Below, piece after piece: positions 51,915-64,000 of a stretch of 64,000 nt of DNA. The stretch comes from Antedon mediterranea. Lineage: Eukaryota; Animalia; Echinodermata. Numbering within the stretch: the stretch's first letter is position 1; each line of letters starts with the position of its first letter. The position numbers and the translations under genes are program-made. The notes under the pieces were generated by a model that was not told the origin of the DNA, made no database searches, and saw only the letters and a list, made by a program, of their open reading frames with translations. The stretch is from the NCBI RefSeq assembly GCF_964355755.1, contig NC_092671.1:16244001-16308000 (forward strand). The letters are read 5' to 3'.

Positions 51915-52262
51915 AGTACTCTTCCATTTGATACCTTTCAAATTATTTAGGCCTATTTAGAATGTATTATTCAAAACATTAAGAACGTATAGAAAGCAAT
52001 TATGTTTGTCTTTATTTGTTGTTTTTATTTGCTTAAAAAATTCCTAATTTTGGAAAACTGAAATTCGATAAACAACTCGAAATTGAGTACTCTTCCATTT
52101 GATACCGTTTAAATTATATATTTAGAATGCATTCACAATATTAAAAACGCATGGAAAGCAATTATTTCTGTTTATTTGTCTTCATTTCTTGTTTTTATTT
52201 GCTAAAAAAAAGTCCTAATTTCCCTCCTACACACTGAAAACTTAATTTGATAAACAACTCGA
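51915..52262 (+). repeat. Diverged tandem duplication, ~171 bp unit
   Basis: AGTACTCTTCCATTTGATACC at 51915 and 52086; both units end GATAAACAACTCGAA. Confidence 0.85.
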
Positions 52263-52449
52263 ATTGTTTGGAGAGGGCTCGTTTGTACAGTAGTATAACT
52301 TACAAAATTTTGCAACTAAACATAAAAAAGATTTGCGATTTTATGTGTAAGAATTAAATATAGGCATAGGCCTATTGATACTACTAATTACTTTTTGAAA
52401 CCGTACCATCTTAATCAGCATTTAAACACAGTATCACTGACGGCATATA

Positions 52450-52584
52450 AAGCTCGGTCTACACTATCAGTTTGGCAAAAGTGTGAGGTGCCGAAATATG
52501 GTAGTGATAATGACATCATCATGTCCATATATTTGCACATCACATTTTGTTGCCACATAAAGTTTGATAGTGTAGACAGAGCTT
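52450..52584. mobile_element. Short MITE with ~20 bp TIRs
   Basis: AAGCTCGGTCTACACTATCA ... TGATAGTGTAGACAGAGCTT flanked by TA on both sides. Confidence 0.8.
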
Positions 52585-54994
52585 TAGGATTGCCTGGCCT
52601 ACTAACATTGTAATCAAAGCTGTAATATCAACAAAAAACAAAATGGGAAACGGAAAAATATTAATTGTTGTTTGTCCAAGAAAAAATGCATGATTTCGCT
52701 ATTTGGTTACAATCAATTACGAAGCTGCTTATGTAGATGTGAGCATTTTATGTGAATGGTGTGAGGCGATGATACTTAGAGGCAGGATAAGCGATGTAAT
52801 CGCACCGATAAATACTCATCAATCGGAGCTTATGTATCTTAAGTAGGACGAAAAGGTTACACAAGACCAAGTGTTTCAGCATTGCTTTAAATTATTTCTG
52901 TGCACGATCCTTTTATGCTTCCGTTTATTTGTTTACAATCAATTGCGAAGTTGCTTAAATTACATTTGAACATGTTACATGAATGTTGTGGGGCGGCGTG
53001 GATGATATCGATACCCGGGTTTGAAAACATTTTAGTCAAATCTTTCAAATCAACTAAATTTAATCACATCCTTACATGTATATGATTGATCTGTAGATCT
53101 ACTCAACGCTTCCAATTCTTTTACTGGCGGTAAGATAAGGAAATATTTTTAAAATATTTCTTTCTCTTACCGCCCGTATTTCCTTAAGTTCAATCGATGT
53201 ATTAGTTTTTGAGATAGAATTTGCTAATCTCCCTCTCGCTTGTTTTAATTGCATTCATTTAATTGTAGACTTACTTTCATTTAGAATATATGCCTATTTA
53301 TTAGAAATATTAAGAATACAATTCTCAAGATTTGCGTCATTTTAAGACCAATAGTTCCTCAAAGTTTAATCCAGATATTGATTGATTTCGATCCGCAAAA
53401 TGATCAACTGACAAATTCGATGACTGAACGACCCATGAGTTGACCAAATGATCAATTAAATAACTTTATTGTAAACGTCCATAACATTAATAGGATGCAA
53501 GTTTTGGAATCATATATTCAGTACTCCCTTGATATATATACTATAACAGATTCAAAATACTTGACAATAGCTTCAGGCAATCGCATATTGGCTTATATCT
53601 AGATAAACACTAATCTGAGATCACATTCTGGGGTTCTCATTTTATTTGATAAAATATATTTTATAACTTATAAATTGAATATTTCAAGAGCTAAGTAAGT
53701 ACATTATTTTTCGAAAATTACAGCATTATTCCAAAACAAGGTAATCCGAGAAACTACACGCATCTATAGCGGTATTTGTTAAGTGGCAAAATGGAATGAT
53801 TAAGAGTTGACTATTTCCATAACACTAAGCCGGTAGCTAAGCTTTCTTGACGTCGACAAGGGACAGTAGATTTTGTTCATTATCAATCCTCTATTAATGA
53901 ACCAAAGTTTGATATCAATTTAGAACAAATGCTTGTGAATAATATATTTCAGAATTAATTCAATTCAACTGGATTAAATCAAATCAATTTATATTCCAAA
54001 AGCTTGATTTTCAATTGTAATAGAGCTGATTATTATTAGGATATATTTTAGTTGCTGTTTGTTTAACTGGGTGAATTTTAGTGGATTTTTTACAGGGGTT
54101 ATCTGTTAGTAGATAGGCGTTTACCGTGTTGCAGAACGGTAGTCGCAGTTTTATTTTCAATATTTGTAAAGTATGTGTTAGTAGTGTGGATAAGCGTCGC
54201 AGATGGTTTTAGTTACTCTAGGTAATATTTATGATTTCTTTAAATGTTCAGATGAGATTAGTTTTGTCCATACCAGGACATTGGTAATTAATTAATAATA
54301 CATTAATTTAATGAATCTGCACATCCGTCAATAACAATTGTTACTGTTTCTATTAACAAAACATGATACGGCGTTGCTTATGCTGTGGTTTATATAGATG
54401 GCGCTACCACAATTTTCACTTCTTTTAATACTCAACTTGTCCGTCGTCCCCCTATTCGTATACAATACTATTCGTTTAGTGTGTTGTACTATGTGATTAG
54501 TGTTAAAATGGGTCTAGGTTTACGCGAAAAATAGTGGAGAATTGTACACACAAAAAATCGATGCCTAAAATTTGATATGGGCTTTGTAGATTTAAAAAAA
54601 GAAAAATATGTGGATATAAATAAAAGTAAAGTCTTAATACAACCTAGAAATGTATAATACTTTTATTTCTTTATATGTTATCCTATAAATATCCTAGCCT
54701 TGCTAGCCTACCTTTCAATCTAAATCAAATGTACATTTAGATAAGTATTATTTAAATTGGTAGGTGGAACTCGAAAGACTTGACCGGCTGTCTGTTCACC
54801 TGGGAGAAGGACCACTCTGATCACAAATCCGGGTAGACAGAATTTTTCACATGAAAGAAGGCCAGATGGACAGGTCATTGAATCAGATATCCGGCAGGCC
54901 ATTGCAGCGTCGGAACATCACCAGTCGTCTCGGTCTCCGTGCCACTGGATTTTCCAACGTTGGAGAAAAATATAAATTTCATCTTTCTCCTCAT

Positions 54995-55423
54995 GCCATT
55001 AATTGTACCAGATTATTTGAGTAATCTTAATAAATATTATCAACCAGCTAGCTCACTTAGGTCATCGGATGATACTACACTGCTTAGAGTCCAATTTTTA
55101 TGCGTACATTCTAATATCATGTGATTCGTACATTAGTTTTAAACGTACTCTTAAAACACATCTTTTAATTTTAGAGTTTGATTGATTTTATAATTGTACG
55201 AAATTTTTAACACACATTCTTACCTTTTAAATTATTTTAACCATTTTGAATTACTATAGTATCACTAGTTTTAATTGTCGTATTTTTAACTGTTTTCTAA
55301 TGTTGTTTTAATTCTTATAATGGTTTCATACATGTATGAAGCCCTACTGCGACTATGAGCAATCATTGATTGGATATATGGCGCAATATAAATGATTTTA
55401 TTATTATTATTATTATTATTATT
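54995..55423 (+). mobile_element. L2-type LINE 3' remnant
   Basis: Peptide PDYLSNLNKYYQPASSLRSSD matches the L2 C-terminal P-x-YL..L..Y-x-P-x-R-x-LRS motif; ends with GCGCAATATAAAT and an (ATT)n tail typical of L2. Confidence 0.65.
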
Positions 55424-55599
55424 ATATGTATATTTTTTTGTGTCGTTAAAGATAAATATTGCACAATCATAACATTTGCTACCGGCAGATGTACAAACGA
55501 AATGCTGCCACCTATCGATATAAAAATAACAAAAATAACCGATAGAGGGATGCAAGAGTATTTGGGTCTTCCATGTCTAGGGCCTTACCTGTTTCACGT

Positions 55600-58500
55600 G
55601 TGTGTTCCGAAAAATAGCCAAATTTCGACCCTTTTATTTTTGACATAATGACATGCGCAGAATCGCATAATTTGGTCTGTACATGTTACCTCATATACAG
55701 TCAGTATTTGAAAAAAAAATATTGCCAGTGTCTTTTAAAAGTAGATTGATGGCATATATTGCGTTATCATCATCTTATAGAGTCATAGTAACCAGTTTTT
55801 GTCAAAAAATTAAAAGGTCGAATATTGTTAATTTTTAAAAAAATGTCCAAAATATCGACTTTTTAAAATGTAATTAATATGCAATAATATTGCCATATAT
55901 GCGCATATATTGCGTTATCATCATCTTATAGAGTCATAGTAACAAGTTTTGTCAAAATATAAAATGTCGAAATTTTGTCATTTTTGGAAAATGTTTCTGT
56001 ACAGGGATTTTTTCAAAAATGGCCAAAATAGACTTTTAAAAATTTAATTATTATGCAATAATATTGCCATATATGCGCATATATTGCGCTATTATCATCT
56101 TATAGAGTCATAGTAACCAGTTTTGTTAAAATATAAAAAGGTCGTAATTTGGTCATTTTTTGGCCAAAATATCTACTTTTTAAAATTTTATTAATATGCA
56201 ATAATATTGCCATATATGCGCATAAATTGCGTTATCATCATCTTATAGAGAATAGTACAGGGAAATTGTCAAAAATGACAAAATTTCGACCTTTTTATAT
56301 TTTGACAAAACTGGTTACTAATATATGCGCATATATGGCAATATTATTGCATAATAATTGAATTTTAAAAAGTCGATATTTTGACCAATACTATTATAGT
56401 ACAGGGAAATTTCGAAAAATGGCCGATTGTCGAATAAATGGTTACTATTGCATAATAAACATGCGCAGAGACGAATAATGGGTTCTGCGCATGTCAATTG
56501 TGCTATAGTAACCAGTTTTGACATAAATGGTTACTATAGCATAATAAAAATGCGCAGAGGCGACTAATGGGTTCTGCGCATGTTAATTGTGCTATAGTAT
56601 CCAGTTGTATAGAAAAATAAAAAGGTCGAAAATTGGCCATTTAAAAAAAAAAATCCCTGTACCATAGTACAGGAAAATTTTCGAAAAATGGCCGATTTTC
56701 GACCCTTTTATTTTTTGACATAAGTAGTTACTATTGCATAATAAACATGCGCAGAGACGAATAATGGGTTCTGACGAATAATGGGTTCTGCTATAGTAAC
56801 CAGTTTTATCGAAAAATAAAAAGGTAGAAAATTGGCCATTTTTTTGAAAAAATCCCTGTACTAGTACAGGAAAATTTTCGAAAAATGGTGATTTTTTACC
56901 CTTTTGTTTTTGGATATAAATGGTTACTATTGCATAATTACCATGCGCATAGACGAATAATGGGTACTCCGCATGTCAATTGTGCTATAGTAACCAGTTT
57001 TTACATAAATTGTTACTATAGCATAATAAACATGCGCAGAGGCGACTAATGGGTTCTGCGCATGTCAATTGTTTTATCGAAAAATAAAAAGTTCGAAAAT
57101 TGGCCATTTTTTTTGAAAAAATCCCTGTACTATAATACAGGAAAATTTTCGAAAAATGGGCGATTTTCGACCCTTTTATTTTTTGACATAAATGGTTACT
57201 ATTGCATAATAACCATGCGCAGAGACGAATAATGGGTTCTACGCATGTCAATTGTGCTATAGTAACCAGTTTTGACATAAATTGTTACTATTGCATAATA
57301 AACATGCGAAGAGGTGACTAATGTGTTCTGCGCATGTCAATTGTGCTATAGTAACCAGTTTTATCGAAAAATAAAAAGGTCGAAAATTGGCCATTTTTTG
57401 GAAAAAATCCCTGTACTATAGTACAGGAAAATTTTCAAAAAATGGCCGATTTTCGAAACTTTTATTTTTTGACATATATAGTTACTACTGCATAATAACC
57501 ATGCGCAGAGACGAATAATGGGTTCTACGCATGTCAATTGTGCTATAGTAACCAGTTTTGACATAAATTGTTACTATTGCATAATAAACATGCGAAGAGG
57601 TGACTAATGGGTTCTGCGCATGTCAATTGTGCTATAGTAGCCAGTTTTATCGAAAATAAAAAGGTCGAAAATTGGCAATTTTTATTAAAAAATCCCTGTA
57701 CTATAGTACAGGAAAATTTTCAAAAAATGGTGATTTTTGACCCTTTTATTTTTTGATATAAATGGTTACTATTGCATAATAAACATGCGCAGAGACGAAT
57801 AATGGGTTCTGCGCATGTCAATTGTGCTATAGTAACCAGTTTTATCGAAAAATAAAAAGGTCGAAAATTGGCAATTTTTTTGAAAAAATCCCTGTTTCGA
57901 AAATTTTCGAAAAATGGTGATTTTTTACCCTTTTATTTTTTGATATAAATGGTTACTATTGCATAATAAACATGCGCAGAGACGAATAATTGGTTCTGCG
58001 CATGTCAATTGTGCTATAGTAACCAGTTTTGCCATAAATGGTTACTATAGCATAATAAACATGCGCAGAGGCGACTAATGGGTTCTGCGCATGTTAATTG
58101 TGCTATAGTAGCCAGTTTATCGAAAATAAAAAGGTTGAAAATTGGCCATTTTTTTGAAAAAAATCCCGTACTATAGTACAGGGAAATTTCCGAAAACTGA
58201 CAGATTTTCGACCCTTTTATTTTTTTGACATAAATGGTTACTATTGCATAATACACATGCGAAGAGGCGACTAATGGGTTCTGCGCATGTTAATTGTGCT
58301 ATAGTAACCAGTTTTATCGAAAAATAAAAAGGTAGAAAATTGGCCATTTTTTTTGAAAAAATCCCTGTACTATAGTACAGGAAAATTTTCGAAAAATGGT
58401 GATTTTTTACCCTTTTATTTTTGGATATAAATGGTTACTATTGCATAATTACCATGCGCATAGACGAATAATGGGTTCTGCGCATGTCAATTGTGCTATA

Positions 58501-61500
58501 GTAACCAGTTTTGACATAAATTGTTACTATAGCATAATAAACATGCGCAGAGGCGACTAATGGGTTCTGCGCATGTCAATTGTGCTATAGTAACCAGTTT
58601 TATCGAAAAATAAAAAGTTCGAAAATTGGCCATTTTTTTTTAAAAAATCCCTGTACTATAATACAGGAAAATTTTCGAAAAATGGGCGATTTTCAACCCT
58701 TTTATTTTTTGACATAAATGGTTACTATTGCATAATAACCATGCGCATAGACGAATAATGGGTTCTGCGCATGTCAATTGTGCTATAGTAACCAGTTTTG
58801 ACATAAATTGTTACTATTGCATAATAAACATGCGAAGAGGTGACTAATGGGTTCTGCGCATGTCAATTGTGCTATAGTAACCAGTTTTATCGAAAAATAA
58901 AAAGGTCGAAAATTGGCAATTTTTTTGAGAAAATCCCTGTACTTTAGTACAGGAAAATTTTCGAAAAATGGCCGATTTTCGACCCTTTTATTTTTTGACA
59001 TAAATGGTTACTACTGCATAATAAACATGCGCAGAGACGAATAATTGGTTTTGCGCATGTCAATTGTGCTATAGTAACCAGTTTTGATATAAATGGTTAC
59101 TATAGCATAATAAACATGCGCAGAGGCGACTAATGTGTTCTGCACATGTTAATTGTGCTATAGTAGCCAGTTTTATCGAAAATAAAAAGGTCGAAAATTG
59201 GCAATTTTTATGAAAAAATTCCTGTACTATAGTACAGGAAAATTTTCAAAAAATTGTGATTTTTGACCCTTTTATTTTTTGACATAAATGGTTACTATTG
59301 CATAATAACCATGCGCATAGACGAATAATGGGTTCTGCGCATGTCAATTGTGCTATAGTAACCAGTTTTGACATAAATTTTTACTATTGCATAATAAACA
59401 TGCGAAGAGGTGACTAATGGGTTCTGCGCATGTCAATTGTGCTATAGTAGCCAGTTTTATCGAAAATAAAAAGGTCGAAAATTGGCCATTTTTTTGAAAA
59501 AAATCCCGTACTATAGTACAGGGAAATTTCCGAAAACTGACAGATTTTCGACCCTTTTATTTTTTGACATAAATGGTTTCTATTGCATAATACACATGCG
59601 AACGGGCGACTAATGGGTTCTGCGCATGTTAATTGTGCTATACTAACCAGTTTTATCGAAAAATAAAAAGGTCGAAAATTGGCCATTTTTTTTTTTGAAA
59701 AAGTCCCTGTATTATAATACAGGAAAATTTTCGAAAAATGGGCGATTTTCGACTCTTTTATTTTTTGACATAAATGGTTACTATTGCATAATAACCATGC
59801 GCATAGACGAATAATGAGTTCTGCGCATGTCAATTGTGCTATAGTTACCAGTTTTGACATAAATTGTTACTATTGCATAATAAACATGCGAAGAGGTGAC
59901 TAATGGGTTCTGCGCATGTTAATTGTGCTATAGTAGCCAGTTTTATCGAAAATAAAAAGGTCGAAAATTGGCAATTTTTATGAAAAAATTCCTGTACTAT
60001 AGTACAGGAAAATTTTCAAAAAATGTTCATTTTTTACCCTTTTATTTTTTGACATAAATGGTTACTATTGCATAATAACCATGCGCATAGACGAATAATG
60101 GGTTCTGCGCATGTCAATTGTGCTATAGTAACCAGTTTTGACATAAATTTTTACTATTGCATAATAAACATGCGAAGAGGTGACTAATGGGTTCTGCGCA
60201 TGTCAATTGTGCTATAGTAGCCAGTTTTATCGAAAATAAAAAGGTCGAAAATTGGCCATTTTTTGGAAAAAATCTTTGTACTATTTTACAGGAAAATTTT
60301 CAAAAAATGGCCGATTTTCGACACTTTTATTTTTTGACATAAATAGTTACTACTGCATAATAACCATGCGCAGAGACGAATAATGGGTTCTGCGCATGTC
60401 AATTGTGCTATAGTAACCAGTTTTGACATAAATTGTTACTATTGCATAATAAACATGCGAAGAGGTGACTAATGGGTTCTGCGCATGTCAATTGTGCTAT
60501 AGTAGCCAGTTTTATCGAAAATAAAAAGGTCGAAAATTGGCAATTTTTATTAAAAAATCCCTGTACTATAGTACAGGAAAATTTTCAAAAAATGGTGATT
60601 TTTGACCCTTTTATTTTTTGATATAAATGGTTACTATTGCATAATAAACATGCGCAGAGACGAATAATGGGTTCTGCGCATGTCAATTGTGCTATAGTAA
60701 CCAGTTCTATCGAAAAATAAAAAGGTCGAAAATTGGCAATTTTTTTGAAAAAATCCCTGTTTCGAAAATTTTCGAAAAATGGTGATTTTTTACCCTTTTA
60801 TTTTTTGATATAAATGGTTACTATTGCATAATAAACATGCGCAGAGACGAATAATTGGTTCTGCGCATGTCAATTGTGCTATAGTAACCAGTTGTGCCAT
60901 AAATGGTTACTATAGCATAATAAACATGCGCAGAGGCGACTAATGGGTTCTGCGCATGTTAATTGTGCTATAGTAGCCAGTTTATCGAAAATAAAAAGGT
61001 TGAAAATTGGCCATTTTTTTGAAAAAAATCCCGTACTATAGTACAGGGAAATTTCCGAAAACTGACAGATTTTCGACCCTTTTATTTTTTTGACATAAAT
61101 GGTTACTATTGCATAATACACATGCCAAGAGGCGACTAATGGGTTCTGCGCATGTTAATTGTGCTATAGTAACCAGTTTTATCGAAAAATAAAAAGGTAG
61201 AAAATTGGCCATTTTTTTTGAAAAAATCCCTGTACTATAGTACAGGAAAATTTTCGAAAAATGGTGATTTTTTACCCTTTTATTTTTTGATATAAATGGT
61301 TACTATTGCATAATTACCATGCGCATAGACGAATAATGGGTTCTGCGCATGTCAATTGTGCTATAGTAACCAGTTTTGACATAAATTGTTACTATAGCAT
61401 AATAAACATGCGAAGAGGCGACTAATGGGTTCTGCGCATGTCAATTGTGCTATAGTAACCAGTTTTATCGAAAAATAAAAAGTTCGAAAATTGGCCATTT

Positions 61501-64000
61501 TTTTTGAAAAAATCCCTGTACTATAATACAGGAAAATTTTCGAAAAATGGGCGATTTTCAACCCTTTTATTTTTTGACATAAATGGTTACTATTGCATAA
61601 TAACCATGCGCATAGACGAATAATGGGTTCTGCGCATGTCAATTGTGCTATAGTAACCAGTTTTGACATAAATTGTTACTATTGCATAATAAACATGCGA
61701 AGAGGTGACTAATGGGTTCTGCGCATGTCAATTGTGCTATAGTAACCAGTTTTATCGAAAAATAAAAAGGTCGAAAATTGGCAATTTTTTTGAGAAAATC
61801 CCTGTACTTTAGTACAGGAAAATTTTCGAAAAATGGCCGATTTTCGACCCTTTTATTTTTTGACATAAATGGTTACTACTGCATAATAAACATGCGCAGA
61901 GACGAATAATTGGTTCTGCGCATGTCAATTGTGCTATAGTAGCCAGTTTTATCGAAAATAAAAAGGTCGAAAATTGGCAATTTTTATTAAAAAATCCCTG
62001 TACTATAGTACAGGAAAATTTTCAAAAAATGGTGATTTTTGACCCTTTTATTTTTTGATATAAATGGTTACTATTGCATAATAAACATGCGCAGAGACGA
62101 ATAATGGGTTCTGCGCATGTCAATTGTGCTATAGTAACCAGTTCTATCGAAAAATAAAAAGGTCGAAAATTGGCAATTTTTTTGAAAAAATCCCTGTTTC
62201 GAAAATTTTCGAAAAATGGTGATTTTTTACCCTTTTATTTTTTGATATAAATGGTTACTATTGCATAATAAACATGCGCAGAGACGAATAATTGGTTCTG
62301 CGCATGTCAATTGTGCTATAGTAACCAGTTGTGCCATAAATGGTTACTATAGCATAATAAACATGCGCAGAGGCGACTAATGGGTTCTGCGCATGTTAAT
62401 TGTGCTATAGTAGCCAGTTTATCGAAAATAAAAAGGTTGAAAATTGTCCATTTTTTTGAAAAAAATCCCGTACTATAGTACAGGGAAATTTCCGAAAACT
62501 GACAGATTTTCGACCCTTTTATTTTTTTGACATAAATGGTTACTATTGCATAATACACATGCGAAGAGGCGACTAATGGGTTCTGCGCATGTTAATTGTG
62601 CTATAGTAACCAGTTTTATCGAAAAATAAAAAGGTAGAAAATTGGCCATTTTTTTTGAAAAAATCCCTGTACTATAGTACAGGAAAATTTTCGAAAAATG
62701 GTGATTTTTTACCCTTTTATTTTTTGATATAAATGGTTACTATTGCATAATTACCATGCGCATAGACGAATAATGGGTTCTGCGCATGTCAATTGTGCTA
62801 TAGTAACCAGTTTTGACATAAATTGTTACTATAGCATAATAAACATGCGAAGAGGCGACTAATGGGTTCTGCGCATGTCAATTGTGCTATAGTAACCAGT
62901 TTTATCGAAAAATAAAAAGTTCGAAAATTGGCCATTTTTTTTGAAAAAATCCCTGTACTATAATACAGGAAAATTTTCGAAAAATGGGCGATTTTCAACC
63001 CTTTTATTTTTTGACATAAATGGTTACTATTGCATAATAACCATGCGCATAGACGAATAATGGGTTCTGCGCATGTCAATTGTGCTATAGTAACCAGTTT
63101 TGACATAAATTGTTACTATTGCATAATAAACATGCGAAGAGGTGACTAATGGGTTCTGCGCATGTCAATTGTGCTATAGTAACCAGTTTTATCGAAAAAT
63201 AAAAAGGTCGAAAATTGGCAATTTTTTTGAGAAAATCCCTGTACTTTAGTACAGGAAAATTTTCGAAAAATGGCCGATTTTCGACCCTTTTATTTTTTGA
63301 CATAAATGGTTACTACTGCATAATAAACATGCGCAGAGACGAATAATTGGTTCTGCGCATGTCAATTGTGCTATAGTAACCAGTTTTGATATAAATGGTT
63401 ACTATAGCATAATAAACATGCGCAGAGGCGACTAATGTGTTCTGCGCATGTTAATTGTGCTATAGTAGCCAGTTTTATCGAAAATAAAAAGGTCGAAAAT
63501 TGGCAATTTTTATGAAAAAATTCCTGTACTATAGTACAGGAAAATTTTCAAAAAATTTTGATTTTTGACCCTTTTATTTTTTGACATAAATGGTTACTAT
63601 TGCATAATAACCATGCGCATAGACGAATAATGGGTTCTGCGCATGTCAATTGTGCTATAGTAACCAGTTTTGACATAAATTTTTACTATTGCATAATAAA
63701 CATGCGAAGAGGTGACTAATGGGTTCTGCGCATGTCAATTGTGCTATAGTAGCCAGTTTTATCGAAAATAAAAAGGTCGAAAATTGGCCATTTTTTTGAA
63801 AAAAATCCCGTACTATAGTACAGGGAAATTTCCGAAAACTGACAGATTTTCGACCCTTTTATTTTTTGACATAAATGGTTTCTATTGCATAATACACATG
63901 CGAACGGGCGACTAATGGGTTCTGCGCATGTTAATTGTGCTATAGTAACCAGTTTTATCGAAAAATAAAAAGGTCGAAAATTGGCCATTTTTTTTTTTTG
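55600..64000. repeat. Higher-order satellite array of two palindromic monomers (A ~89 bp, B ~108 bp), running off the right edge
   Basis: A = GACATAAATGGTTACTATTGCATAATAAACATGCGCAGA...TCTGCGCATGTCAATTGTGCTATAGTAACCAGTTTT; B is centred on CCTGTACTATAGTACAGG; arranged as AB and AAB blocks. Identical or near-identical ORF translations recur at 1437 and 2865 bp offsets. Diverged units at 55600-56400. Confidence 0.97.

Noticed and set aside
55286-55648. ORFs with poly-Asn / poly-Ile tracts
   Set aside because: They come from the (ATT)n tail of an L2 remnant.
56149-63988. Many similar Cys-containing ORFs (MSKLVTIAQLTCAEPII...) that look like a gene family
   Set aside because: They are translations of the satellite monomers; frames shift with homopolymer length and there are no splice or promoter signals.
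56400-64000. CRISPR-like look (palindromic repeats with short variable interiors)
   Set aside because: The interiors are a few recurring variants of one sequence, not unique spacers; no cas genes; eukaryotic context.

Overview
AT-rich eukaryotic (metazoan, probably invertebrate; the taxon cannot be fixed from sequence alone) genomic DNA with spliceosomal introns, SINEs, LINE remnants, MITEs and a large satellite. Most ORFs in the supplied track are spurious. Reading across introns gives two convergent genes for small secreted precursors. (1) A three-exon + strand gene (12854-12866, 16246-16488, 17134-17189; 103 aa) encodes a signal peptide, a short basic peptide ending in an amidation/cleavage signal (LLNGKHQIRI-GKK) and two canonical EF-hands. 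(2) A - strand neuropeptide precursor (27115-26819) encodes a signal peptide followed by QKRRIHKGTQW-GKR; a candidate TATA/Inr promoter and non-coding first exon lie about 12 kb away (39225-39085), and the protein resembles bombesin/GRP precursors by eye. A probable first exon of a third gene (MASIAKA, - strand, 4404-4383) points toward the left edge. The last ~8.4 kb is a higher-order satellite built from two self-complementary monomers. No prokaryotic systems or CRISPR arrays are supported.
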